Source of the DNA: Promethearchaeota archaeon Loki_b32
Lineage (GTDB): Archaea > Asgardarchaeota > Lokiarchaeia > Sigyniarchaeales > SOKP01
NCBI GenBank assembly: GCA_005223125.1
Contig: NJBH01000026.1
Span: forward strand, 1-53,951
DNA: 53,951 nt
Direction of reading: 5' to 3'
Part shown: positions 40,692 through 50,121 of the stretch, piece by piece
Numbering within the stretch: position 1 is the first letter of the stretch
Layout: each line of letters starts with the position of its first letter
Notes under the pieces: generated by a model
What the model was told of the DNA's origin: nothing
Database searches by the model: none
The model's input: only the letters and a program-made list of their open reading frames with translations
Translations under genes and position numbers: made by a program

Positions 40692-41291
40692 TTAAGATGT
40701 TGTAAACAAATCCTCCTCATCTAATAAGTTTCCAAGTCGAATTAATGCTGGTTCAACCATTTTTTTCTCACGGATCCCTGTTAAAACCACTTTTCCTGTA
40801 CTAAATATTAAAAAGACAGATTTTATTGGATTAGTTGTTTTGTATATCAACCCTGGAAAAACTTCTGGTTCGTAAATGGCGTTATCTAATCTTATTGCTG
40901 CTAGATTCAAATTAATTTCTATGTAGAAGTTAGCTGTAATTACAAGATTTACAATTTGTGGTTTTATTGAGTTAGGATCAATCCGAATCTTGAAAATATC
41001 ATTTAACTTAAAAATTAATCTTTTAATAACCAATTCAATTTGGTTAAATAACTTCAAACCAGTCAAAATTAGTTTTCCATTTCTGAAGAAGATAATTACA
41101 CATCTAGGATGGGTAAATCGAATAAAAAGTCCAGGAAAGCGTTTTGGATTATATTCTGTATTGTTAAGATTTATTAAAATTTCATTAAGATCAAAATTTT
41201 CTTCTTGGTTTAAGATTTCTTTGACGACAATATTTTGGATAACATAAGATAAGCTCTTTTTGTCATCTTTCAATTTTATTCTTAGAACCAT
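40692..41291 (-). CDS. tbp: TATA-box-binding protein, divergent paralog
   Basis: IQNIV..YNPKRFPGL..FFRNGKLILTG and IVNLV..YEPEVFPGLIY..LIFSTGKVVLTG. Confidence 0.92.
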   Translation of the reverse strand: MVLRIKLKDDKKSLSYVIQNIVVKEILNQEENFDLNEILINLNNTEYNPKRFPGLFIRFTHPRCVIIFFRNGKLILTGLKLFNQIELVIKRLIFKLNDIFKIRIDPNSIKPQIVNLVITANFYIEINLNLAAIRLDNAIYEPEVFPGLIYKTTNPIKSVFLIFSTGKVVLTGIREKKMVEPALIRLGNLLDEEDLFTTS

Positions 41292-41608
41292 TAATGGACT
41301 CCTAAATTTTTCTTCATTCTTAATTTTCCCATTTAATTATTAAATTAACATTCTATTTAATTCTACTTTTTAATCCCAGTTTAAATACAAATTGCTTTAT
41401 AACATTTCTCTGTTAATTTAATGCTTGGATTTGATGGAAAGATTAAAGAATGAGAGAAAAAAAATGAAAAGTGGAATTCAGAAATCATGAACAAAGAAAT
41501 TCTAAAAAGTAATATTAAATTAAAGGGATAACGATATAACCATTCTAATAAAGATTTTTAATAAAGCTTAATTTATACTTTTAAAATATTGCCTTGAAAG
41601 TATAAACT

Positions 41609-41842
41609 ATGAAAGAATTTACATTAAAAAAGATATTTGTTTGGTTAATGTTAACAATTAATTTATTATTTGCTTTTGTAATTGGTTTAACAATTCCATT
41701 ATTAGAATCGGAGAGTAATTTTAATCTTGGATTTGTTATGATTCCATTGCTAGTAATTCTCAATTATGTAATAGTAGATAGGTATCACTATTATCTCAAA
41801 CATACTAAAAGAAACGAGGAAGAATTGGATGCAAATATTTGA
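41609..41842 (+). CDS. Small two-TM protein overlapping the archaeosortase start
   Basis: Two hydrophobic helices; 14-nt overlap with the next gene. Confidence 0.75.
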   Translation: MKEFTLKKIFVWLMLTINLLFAFVIGLTIPLLESESNFNLGFVMIPLLVILNYVIVDRYHYYLKHTKRNEEELDANI

Positions 41843-42701
41843 GAACTTGAGCAAAATTAAGAAACCTATTATTGAATACGATGAAAGAAGATATATTTTT
41901 TCCATTAGATCTCTAATTCTTTTAACTATTGGAGCACCAATATCTGCTTATTTAATTTACCTATTCTTTGATTGGGAAGCTCAATTTTGGTTGCATGAGA
42001 TAGTCGTAAAACAAACAGTTTATTTCTTAAATTTATTCTTTAATATGGGCGCAGAAGCTCAATTTGCTCCAAGTGGGAAATATTTCTGGAAGTTTTCAAT
42101 TCCAGGACAGAGCCCAATTTATTTCGAGACGTTTTGTACTGGAATTCAAGCAATATGTATTTTCGCAGGTATTATTATTTTTACTCCCCACAGTCAAGAT
42201 CCAACTGCTAGAGAAGATATAGTGTGGAGAAAAACAAAGGCTCTTATTGTTTCATCAGTTATCTTTTATGTTGTTAACATAATTCGTATGATAATTCAAA
42301 TTAATTTATATTATATCGGGTATGAGTGGGCTGATATACATTTCTCTATAAGTGCAGCTAGTTCATTTATCGCAGCGATAATAGTACTTTTAATGCATAA
42401 ATGGATTCCTGAATTTATAATATCTATTATATATACAGGAACGCTAGTAAGTGAGCCTTTAAAACAAAAGAGGAAAAAACAAGTAAAGGAAATGGTGGAA
42501 AAATCTAATAAAGCTGAATTAAAACCGATGCGTAAAATTTTAAAAATGGAGAAAAAAACTTTTTCAAGAGATATTTCTAGTTGGTCAGACGATTTTGGTT
42601 ATACTATTGAAGGAGATTACTTGGTTATTCCACCTGAAAAAGCATCTAAATTTATAGAATTATTAATGCAAGATAAACCATTTCTAAAAGAGAGCGAGTA
42701 A
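41829..42701 (+). CDS. Archaeosortase/exosortase-family membrane protease with a C-terminal soluble domain
   Basis: Cys-Arg-His triad motifs FETFCTG, VNIIR and ADIH within a multi-TM core. Confidence 0.85.
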   Translation: MQIFENLSKIKKPIIEYDERRYIFSIRSLILLTIGAPISAYLIYLFFDWEAQFWLHEIVVKQTVYFLNLFFNMGAEAQFAPSGKYFWKFSIPGQSPIYFETFCTGIQAICIFAGIIIFTPHSQDPTAREDIVWRKTKALIVSSVIFYVVNIIRMIIQINLYYIGYEWADIHFSISAASSFIAAIIVLLMHKWIPEFIISIIYTGTLVSEPLKQKRKKQVKEMVEKSNKAELKPMRKILKMEKKTFSRDISSWSDDFGYTIEGDYLVIPPEKASKFIELLMQDKPFLKESE

Positions 42702-42754
42702 ATTTTATCTTCTTTTTAATAAATTATAATAATAAATAGAGTTTTTATTGAATT

Positions 42755-43657
42755 ATGTTAAATTTTGAATCTGAACAAAAAACATTCAAAATGGGTAACG
42801 TTAAATTCGGTGGTCAGCCCGGAGAAAATCCGATTGTTATGGTAGCAACTGTTTTTTATACAAAACATGCCGCATTGTTGGATGAAAAAACCGGTAAATT
42901 TGATAAAAATATTCTCGAACAAGAGTTAAATGATTTTACAGAAGTTATTGAAGAAACACAATTACAAGGAGTAATTGATGTAGTTGGGGCATACCCAGAA
43001 GTGTTGATAAAGGAATGTGAGTTTATTGCTGATAATGTGGAATATCCATTCTTAGTTGATGGTCTGAATGATACTTCTAGAATTCCCGCTATGAAAGGAT
43101 TACAGGAGATCGGATTATTGGATAAAGCAATATTAAACAGTATTGATGAAAATACTAATGATGAGAATCTAGAAAAACTAAAAGAAATTGGAGTAAAAAA
43201 TGCTGTTTTATTAACATTTGGAAATAAATATATGTTTCCACAGCAGAAGTTAAAATTCTTAAAAGAAATTTTGATTCCTAAAGCTCAAAAAGCTAATATT
43301 GATAATTACATCGTTGATACGGCTGTTTTGGATTTACCCTCAATTTCCATTAACTTTGAAACTGTAGGATTAATTAAAAAAGAACTAGGATTGCCAGCTG
43401 GATTCGCTCCTGCTAATGCGATTTATGGGTGGAGTTTTGTTAAAAAGTATGGTGAAAGCGCTCGATGTGGTGCAATTGCTTCCATAATGGCCTATTGTGC
43501 TACTGCACCTAGTGATTTTATATTGTTTGGACCAATAAAATTCGCTAAATGTGTTGTACCTGCAATTGCATTGATTTCTGGAGTTAATTCCTACTATCAA
43601 AAGAGAGTAAAAAGAAAGAAAATATCTGAGCGAACACCATTAAAAACAATTTTTTAA
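42755..43657 (+). CDS. Stand-alone MtrH-like pterin methyltransferase
   Basis: KFGGQPGENP, PFLVD, ILNSI, VDTAVLD, GLPAGFAPANA, DFILFGPI. Confidence 0.88.
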   Translation: MLNFESEQKTFKMGNVKFGGQPGENPIVMVATVFYTKHAALLDEKTGKFDKNILEQELNDFTEVIEETQLQGVIDVVGAYPEVLIKECEFIADNVEYPFLVDGLNDTSRIPAMKGLQEIGLLDKAILNSIDENTNDENLEKLKEIGVKNAVLLTFGNKYMFPQQKLKFLKEILIPKAQKANIDNYIVDTAVLDLPSISINFETVGLIKKELGLPAGFAPANAIYGWSFVKKYGESARCGAIASIMAYCATAPSDFILFGPIKFAKCVVPAIALISGVNSYYQKRVKRKKISERTPLKTIF

Positions 43658-45156
43658 GCGATATATCTTAATAACAGGTCTTTTGTTTGATTTAAAAATT
43701 CTGATAATTGCTTATTTATTGTCTTTTTTCTCTTTTCATCATCTATTAAAAATAGAAGAAACATATTATTTTCTTCAATTTGGATTTTTTTAAAAAGTAT
43801 CACTGAATTAGCAACTTTAAATATTGCTTCTTCTTTCTGTAGAGCCTTGAATTTAGCAAAAATTTTAAATAACACAGTAAATTGCGGAGCTGTTACTTCA
43901 AATACATTCATTACATCTGCTTTTGGTATTTTAATTAATTCCATTGCTTCATTACTGTAAAAATCTGCTAAAACTAATCCATCACTGCTTAGTAATAGAG
44001 TCAAATAGGAATTTGTTGTTAAAGAGAAATTTCTAAGATTATGGTTAATCAAATCTCTATTTGGGCTTAATTTTGATATCCCAGAAGAAAAAGCGCGTAA
44101 TATTGTAAAAATTTGAAAGATGCTAGTTATAAAAATTTCGAGTGGTTCATCAGAAGTAATTTTAGCTAGTTTTTTTTTAATAAATTCAATATTTTCTTTA
44201 AGTTCCAATGTTTTTATGACGTCAGAATCTCCTTTAGATAAAATATAGATTATAGGAGTATTTTGATTGAATTTATTCAAAACATTTTTTAAACTTTGAA
44301 GATAATCGATACTCTCTTCGAATCTCTTTCTATTTTTTATATCAATAAAATAAAAAAGTAAATCTGCTTCATATAAGTAGATTTCTGCTTTATTAATATA
44401 CTTCTCTCTAAATACAAATTGTCCTCCTAAATCCCATAAAAAGATTGTTGCACCTAGTGCTTCTATAGATTTTATACTTGCACCAGCAGTGGGTTTTAAT
44501 CCAATTAATTTACTATATTTACGATCAACAGAAAGTAGAAAACTAGTTTTACCTGAGTCGTCTAATCCTGCGAACAAAATTTTCATCTTTCGGTGCGTAG
44601 TAATAGGTGTTGAGGGGCTTTTTTCAATTTCTATTAAGCCTAATAAAAGATCATCACGGAAAAGAGGTTCAATATCTTGACGGGGCGGATAAATTTTTTC
44701 GATATCTTTGTCAAAAGATTTGAAAAATTCATATACTACTGGTTTAATTCGATTCATGTTATTATACAAAAAACTTCGACTATTCTCTTCTACTAATATT
44801 GAAAAAGCCGTAGCTACAGGGTGATCTGAGTTTATTCTAATAAAATGGAAATATGTAAGCGAGGTAGTATTAAAATCAGGATACGGTAAAATTGCATAAT
44901 ATTGTATTTTTTGTAGATCTGTCTCTTGGGATACTATTTTATCACTAATAAACAAACTTAAATTTTTAATAGAAATTTGAGTTATATCTCTATATGTTAA
45001 AATAAGATTATCTTCCCTATTTGATTCTTCGCTAATTTCTTTTAATTCTTTTTCTGTATAATAATTGGGGAAGCAATAAATTGGAGCTGGGCCAAGCTCT
45101 CCATATACACTAAAAACAAAACCCTTTATAATTGAAGATTTGAGTAATTCTTCCAT
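43654..45156 (-). CDS. Longin-like + Arf/Rag-like GTPase + roadblock-like three-domain protein
   Basis: GELGPAP..ILPYP; GLDDSGKTS, PT, WDLGGQ, SKGD, TSI; C-terminal LLLSSDGLVLADFY. Confidence 0.88.
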   Translation of the reverse strand: MEELLKSSIIKGFVFSVYGELGPAPIYCFPNYYTEKELKEISEESNREDNLILTYRDITQISIKNLSLFISDKIVSQETDLQKIQYYAILPYPDFNTTSLTYFHFIRINSDHPVATAFSILVEENSRSFLYNNMNRIKPVVYEFFKSFDKDIEKIYPPRQDIEPLFRDDLLLGLIEIEKSPSTPITTHRKMKILFAGLDDSGKTSFLLSVDRKYSKLIGLKPTAGASIKSIEALGATIFLWDLGGQFVFREKYINKAEIYLYEADLLFYFIDIKNRKRFEESIDYLQSLKNVLNKFNQNTPIIYILSKGDSDVIKTLELKENIEFIKKKLAKITSDEPLEIFITSIFQIFTILRAFSSGISKLSPNRDLINHNLRNFSLTTNSYLTLLLSSDGLVLADFYSNEAMELIKIPKADVMNVFEVTAPQFTVLFKIFAKFKALQKEEAIFKVANSVILFKKIQIEENNMFLLFLIDDEKRKKTINKQLSEFLNQTKDLLLRYIA

Positions 45157-45250
45157 TCTCCTAAAAATTTGTATTTGATTTTTAAGATGTAAATTTCTTA
45201 ATTTAATTTAAGCAAATTTAATTATTAATAGCTTTATATTTAAATCATAT

Positions 45251-46219
45251 ATGTCTCTGAAAAAAATCGCTAAAATCGCTGCTAACATAAGGAATAACCC
45301 ATATATTATTGAAAAACAAGAAATAAATCCTATTGTACAATATATTGATAAAAATTCTTTTAAGAGCACCAAAATATTCCGTGATATTGGAGAAGATTCA
45401 GCAGCGATAGATGATGATGAAAAGTTAATATTAATTACAACTGATAGAATCAGGACTTCCTTCATCGAAAATTTTCCATTTGGTGCTGGATTTAGTTCTA
45501 TTTTGGTCAGTGTTGATGATATTTATGCGTGTGGGGGTATTCCATTAGCAGCTAGTATTATTATTTCTGTAAAAGACCCTAAGACATGTAATGAACTATT
45601 AAAGGGGATATGTGAAGGTTCAAGAAAATTCCAAATCCCAATTATAAGGGGACACACCAATGTTAATAGTAAGTGCTATGAATTAAGTACTACGATGATT
45701 GGTGAAATAAAGAAAGAAGATTATATATCTGCAGGAAACGCACAAATTGATGATAAGATTATTTTAGCTGTTGATTTCGATGGGAAAGTAGGGAAAGCTA
45801 GTAACCTTTATTATGATACTACAACCTTTAAAGATTCAGAGATAGTTTTAAAAAAAAGAAGAGCTATGAATGTTGTTGCAAGCACACATTTAGCAAACGC
45901 ATCTAAAGATGTTTCAAATGGGGGGATATTTGGTACTTTAATCCAGTTGATTAAATATTCAAATGTAGGAGCAGATGTGAACATTAATAGAATTATACTT
46001 CCGCCAATATTATCTGAAAGTGAATATGATTTAAATACATACGTTAAAATGTATTTAACTACTTCTTTTATATTAACTGCTCCAGAAAATAATTGTGAAA
46101 AGATATTTGATATATTTAGAGAATATGGATTGGACGCTCAAGTTATTGGGGAGATTATTGCTCAGAATAAATTGAAAATAAATGATGGTAACGATTCAGT
46201 TGATGTAATCCGATTTTAA
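45251..46219 (+). CDS. AIR-synthase-related (PurM/ThiL superfamily) protein
   Basis: GEDSAAI, GAGFSSILVSVDDIYACGG.P, RGHT, KDVSNGGIFGTL. Confidence 0.85.
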   Translation: MSLKKIAKIAANIRNNPYIIEKQEINPIVQYIDKNSFKSTKIFRDIGEDSAAIDDDEKLILITTDRIRTSFIENFPFGAGFSSILVSVDDIYACGGIPLAASIIISVKDPKTCNELLKGICEGSRKFQIPIIRGHTNVNSKCYELSTTMIGEIKKEDYISAGNAQIDDKIILAVDFDGKVGKASNLYYDTTTFKDSEIVLKKRRAMNVVASTHLANASKDVSNGGIFGTLIQLIKYSNVGADVNINRIILPPILSESEYDLNTYVKMYLTTSFILTAPENNCEKIFDIFREYGLDAQVIGEIIAQNKLKINDGNDSVDVIRF

Positions 46220-46349
46220 TAATTTTTAGTGAGAAAATCATGCCGGATTGCACAAAAGTTTAATCCTAATTCACCAAGAATTTTATGATTGAAATTAAAA
46301 ATGAGATTAAATTTAATCAAAATTCTTACCAAGATTTCACTTGGTTTTA

Positions 46350-47060
46350 TTAAATAAGGCTTGAATGACATAAATTACATTTTGTACGAGTTGAATCATT
46401 CATAGCACCACACATCGGACAAATAATTTTTCGTGATTTTTTCAATTGAATCTCGGCTTCCTTTTCTGCTCTAAATTTTGCCATTTTTTCCGCAACATCT
46501 CTTGCCTCTTTTTCCCTTGCCTCCCTTTCTGCTTTTTCTCTCGCTTCTCTTTCCACCTTTTCTTTTGCCTCTCTTTCAGCCTTTTCCTTAGCTTCCCTTT
46601 CTGCTTTTTCTTTCGCCTCTCTTTCAACCTTTTCCTTAGCCTCCCTTTCTGCTTTTTCTCTAGCATCTCTTTCAGCCTTTTTCTTAGCCTCCCTTTCTGC
46701 TTTTTCTTTGGTTTCTCTTTCAGCCTTTTCCTTAGCTTCTTTTTTCGCTTCTCTTTCAGCCTTTTTTTTAGCCTCCCATTCCGCTAATTCTTTGACTTTT
46801 CGCTCTATTTTTTCTCTATCTTCCTTTTCTGCTCTTTCGATCTCTTTTTTTTCCTTTCTTTGTTCCATGGCAATTTTTGCTTTTTCTTTGCTGTCTCCTA
46901 CTTTCTCCTTTACTTTTGTAGCAAATTTACCTAAACTTTGTTTACTACCTCTTAATTTTCCTTTTAATTTAGCTTTAAGAGTACCTTCGGTTTCTTTTTC
47001 TAACTCTTTCGAATTTTCTGAAGCAGTTTTGGTATCTTCTTCATTATTGGATTCATTCAT
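46350..47060 (-). CDS. E/K/R/A-rich helical repeat protein with a C-terminal zinc ribbon
   Basis: (AEREAKEK)n tract; CPMCGAMN...CNLC. Confidence 0.85.
   Translation of the reverse strand: MNESNNEEDTKTASENSKELEKETEGTLKAKLKGKLRGSKQSLGKFATKVKEKVGDSKEKAKIAMEQRKEKKEIERAEKEDREKIERKVKELAEWEAKKKAEREAKKEAKEKAERETKEKAEREAKKKAERDAREKAEREAKEKVEREAKEKAEREAKEKAEREAKEKVEREAREKAEREAREKEARDVAEKMAKFRAEKEAEIQLKKSRKIICPMCGAMNDSTRTKCNLCHSSLI
46509..46784 (-). repeat. Coding 24-bp tandem repeat, about 11.5 units, with alternating 48-bp higher-order structure
   Basis: Units mostly alternate GCTGAAAGAGA... and GCAGAAAGGGA... Confidence 0.85.
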
Positions 47061-47169
47061 TTAGATTAACACTATTAAGTAGTTTTATTAGATAAGATTA
47101 ATATCACCAATATTAATATTTTATTTTTATCATTATTTTAATAGTTAAAATATTATCAGTAAGAGAAAA

Positions 47170-47706
47170 TTGGGTCTGAATAAGATGAATGTTGATTTTA
47201 AAAAGAAGTTTAAAGGGATAATTTCAGTAATTGGAGCTAGTGAAATCGATAAGAAAACTGAGGTTTTAGCGTTTGAAATAGGTAGATTACTTGCTCAAAA
47301 TAAATTCATCGTATCTTGTGGTGGTCTTTCAGGTGTAATGGAAGCAGTATGTAGAGGTGCAAAAGAAGAAAATGGATTAACTATTGGAATAATTCCTCAT
47401 GTAGAAAAATCTGCTGCAAATAAATATATTGATATTGTTATTCCTTGTCCATTTTCCCAAGCGAGAAATATTGTGGTTGTTCTCAGTGGTGATGCGTGTT
47501 TAGCTATTAGTGGTAAAGCGGGGACATTATCAGAAATTTGTTTTGCCTGGATATATCAAAAACCAATTGTAGCACTTACTAGTGTTAAGGGATGGTCATC
47601 AAAAATTGCTAATAAAAAATTAGATGATAGAAGAAATGATAAGATCTATGGCGTGGAAACACCACAAGAAGCAATTTCGAAAATCAAAGAATTACTTAAT
47701 AAGTAA
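47170..47706 (+). CDS. LOG-like Rossmann protein (TIGR00725 type)
   Basis: CGGLSGVMEAVCRGAK, TIGIIP, ARN, GTLSE. Confidence 0.9.
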   Translation: MGLNKMNVDFKKKFKGIISVIGASEIDKKTEVLAFEIGRLLAQNKFIVSCGGLSGVMEAVCRGAKEENGLTIGIIPHVEKSAANKYIDIVIPCPFSQARNIVVVLSGDACLAISGKAGTLSEICFAWIYQKPIVALTSVKGWSSKIANKKLDDRRNDKIYGVETPQEAISKIKELLNK

Positions 47707-47845
47707 TAAGTCTAATCTTTTAATTTAAAGAAGATATTGCAAAAAGAGAAATAATACAAAATCTAAAATAGTATGTTATAATTTTTTATCTTACAAAAAG
47801 AATATATTTATATTGAAATTACTTATATAAGGTTAAAGGTGAAAT

Positions 47846-48817
47846 TTGACTTTGGAAAAGAATCTGAAACAATCAATTTTATACTTAAAAAAAGAAGAAC
47901 CTGAAATGGTCGTAAGCCCTAATAAGGTTCTCTTTACAGGCTTAGATGATGCCGGCAAAACGAGCATTATTTTATCACTTCAAAGAGAATTTTCAAAAAT
48001 TGCAATCCTTTCCCCCACAAGAGGTGCACAGCGAAGAATATTCAATTTTTTGGATAAAGAAATCTCAGAATGGGATTTAGGCGGACAATTGGCATATCGT
48101 ATTGCCTACTTAAAAAATCCAGGCAAGTATTTTGAAGGAACTGAAATTGCAATCTATGTAATTGACATTCAAAACAAATCAAGAATACCGGAGGCTACAA
48201 GTTACTTTAAAGATGTAATAGAACAATTTAAAGAATTAGAAATTGAACCCCCGATATATGTATTTCTTCATAAATTTGATCCTGCTTTACGAAGAAGTGC
48301 CCAAAATGAAATGGAATTGTTAATTATAGATTTAAAAGATAAATTAAGAGACACTAAATATAAAGAAATTTATTATTATGAAACTTCTATTTATGATTTT
48401 GGTTCAATTATCACAGCTATGTCTGAGATTCTTTTAAGTCTATATCCAAAATCAGAATTAATAGAAAAAACAATTCATGAATTTGCTAAAAAAGTAAACT
48501 CTGAAGGAGTCGTAATAATTGATGACAATTCATTAATTATTGGATCTTACTATAAGGATGAAGAAACAAAACATCTTTTAACAGCCTCAACCCCATATTT
48601 CTTGACGTTGCATGATTCCTTCCAGTTTACCAGTCCCATGGAAGAAAAGTATGAAAATAGAATGATCGTTCAAAGATTTGGCAAGAACTTCATATTTAAA
48701 CAAATAACGCTAAAGAAAGAGTCAGAACCATATTATTTAATACTTTTAAAGGAGGATCCAGTTTTCCGTAAAGAAGATCTCGAATCCTTCGCAAACTTAT
48801 TAAAAGAGATTTTATAA
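47846..48817 (+). CDS. Arf/Rag-like GTPase with a C-terminal roadblock-like domain
   Basis: GLDDAGKTS, PTRG, WDLGGQ, HKFD (Rag-type HKxD), ETSIYD; C-terminal VVIIDDNSLIIGSYY. Confidence 0.9.
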   Translation: MTLEKNLKQSILYLKKEEPEMVVSPNKVLFTGLDDAGKTSIILSLQREFSKIAILSPTRGAQRRIFNFLDKEISEWDLGGQLAYRIAYLKNPGKYFEGTEIAIYVIDIQNKSRIPEATSYFKDVIEQFKELEIEPPIYVFLHKFDPALRRSAQNEMELLIIDLKDKLRDTKYKEIYYYETSIYDFGSIITAMSEILLSLYPKSELIEKTIHEFAKKVNSEGVVIIDDNSLIIGSYYKDEETKHLLTASTPYFLTLHDSFQFTSPMEEKYENRMIVQRFGKNFIFKQITLKKESEPYYLILLKEDPVFRKEDLESFANLLKEIL

Positions 48818-49014
48818 ATAGAGGAGTTTAGTTAAAATTATTTCTATTTGAAAACGTTGTATATTGGTTTCATTAGTACTAACATTAATAAAATTTAATT
48901 TTTATTTATATTTTATATTATAAACACTAAAAAAGGATATTTTCATTATTTATCTTATAAAGATTAACTGATTAACGAGATTAACCAAAAGAATCAAAAA
49001 GTGGGATTATTCTA

Positions 49015-50085
49015 TTGATCATATGTCAGAATTGTGGTACTACTAATAATGAAATTAATACTCGCATTTGTAGGAATTGTGGTGCATTATTACCAGTTTC
49101 CTCCAAATCACGTAGAGTAAGAGGGCAAAGAATTAGTACGGAAAAGAAAAAAAAACAGAAAGCAACTAAACAACCAAAACAAAAACCTGTTAAACAAGAA
49201 AAAAAAGTAGAAGATAAATTAGAATTAGAAGAAATCCCGAAAGAAAATGGGATTATTGATAAAGAATTGGAGTTACACGAGATTCCCACTACTGTCCAAG
49301 AAGATTTTGAAATTCAAGCCCCTGAAGAAAGTAAATCAACAATTTTACAAGAAATTCCAGCTCAACCTTTTAAAGGATCAATAATAAACTCTCGAAGTGG
49401 TGTCAGATCACCTCCATCCCTACCTACTCTCCCTCCTCGCTCTGGGGACACAATTTCTAATGCTTTTTCAGAACTTAAAAAATCAGTATTAGAAGAACAA
49501 GAGGAATATAAAGAAATTCCATTATCTCCAATTCCCTTAGAAACTAGCGTAAGCGAAGAATCAGTTAGAAAAAGAAATCAACTAGAAAAAGATATGACAG
49601 AAGTTTTAGGATTTCTTTCGAAAAAAATCTCAGTTAAAAAATTGGAAATTCCTAAAGCTAAGACAAAACAAAAAGAGGAACCGAAGGAAGAAATTCCACC
49701 TTCGAGTATGAATGAAATCTTGAAAAGATTAATCACATTAGACTTAAATATTGAAGCGTCCGCAATAATAAAAACAGATGGAACGATATTAGCGTCAGCA
49801 ATCTCAAGTAGAATTTCTGATTCTTTATTTGCTACAATTGCTATGAATCTTTCAACGATAGGAACGGATATTATAGAAGGATTAGGTGCTGGTACATTAA
49901 AATCTATTTCTCTAAAAGCCACAGAAGGAGTTTTAGATCTAGCCCCTATCGATAAAGAAAATCCAAGCGTTGAAGATATGTTTTTAATATTATTTTCTCA
50001 TCCCAAAGTAAAAAGTGGAATAATATCCTTTGCTGTTAGTATAGTCAAAAAACAAATTAAGAATTATTTAGGTTTAAAAAAATAA
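49015..50085 (+). CDS. Zinc ribbon + disordered linker + roadblock/LC7 domain protein
   Basis: CQNCG..N....CRNCG; P/E/K-rich linker; EASAIIKTDGTILAS...KSGII. Confidence 0.85.
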   Translation: MIICQNCGTTNNEINTRICRNCGALLPVSSKSRRVRGQRISTEKKKKQKATKQPKQKPVKQEKKVEDKLELEEIPKENGIIDKELELHEIPTTVQEDFEIQAPEESKSTILQEIPAQPFKGSIINSRSGVRSPPSLPTLPPRSGDTISNAFSELKKSVLEEQEEYKEIPLSPIPLETSVSEESVRKRNQLEKDMTEVLGFLSKKISVKKLEIPKAKTKQKEEPKEEIPPSSMNEILKRLITLDLNIEASAIIKTDGTILASAISSRISDSLFATIAMNLSTIGTDIIEGLGAGTLKSISLKATEGVLDLAPIDKENPSVEDMFLILFSHPKVKSGIISFAVSIVKKQIKNYLGLKK

Positions 50086-50121
50086 AATTGCTCCACAACA
50101 GATATAAAGGGTATTTCTGAC

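Noticed and set aside
42755-46219. Methanogenesis inferred from the MtrH-like and AIR-synthase-like genes
   Set aside because: Both families occur in non-methanogens; no mcr or mtrA-G genes are present here.
46509-46784. Tandem repeat as a CRISPR array
   Set aside because: No unique spacers, in-frame coding with synonymous variation, and no cas genes.
46442-47064. Alternative-frame and antisense ORFs over the repeat (46442-46666, 46446-46787, 46708-47064)
   Set aside because: By-products of the low-complexity 24-bp coding repeat.
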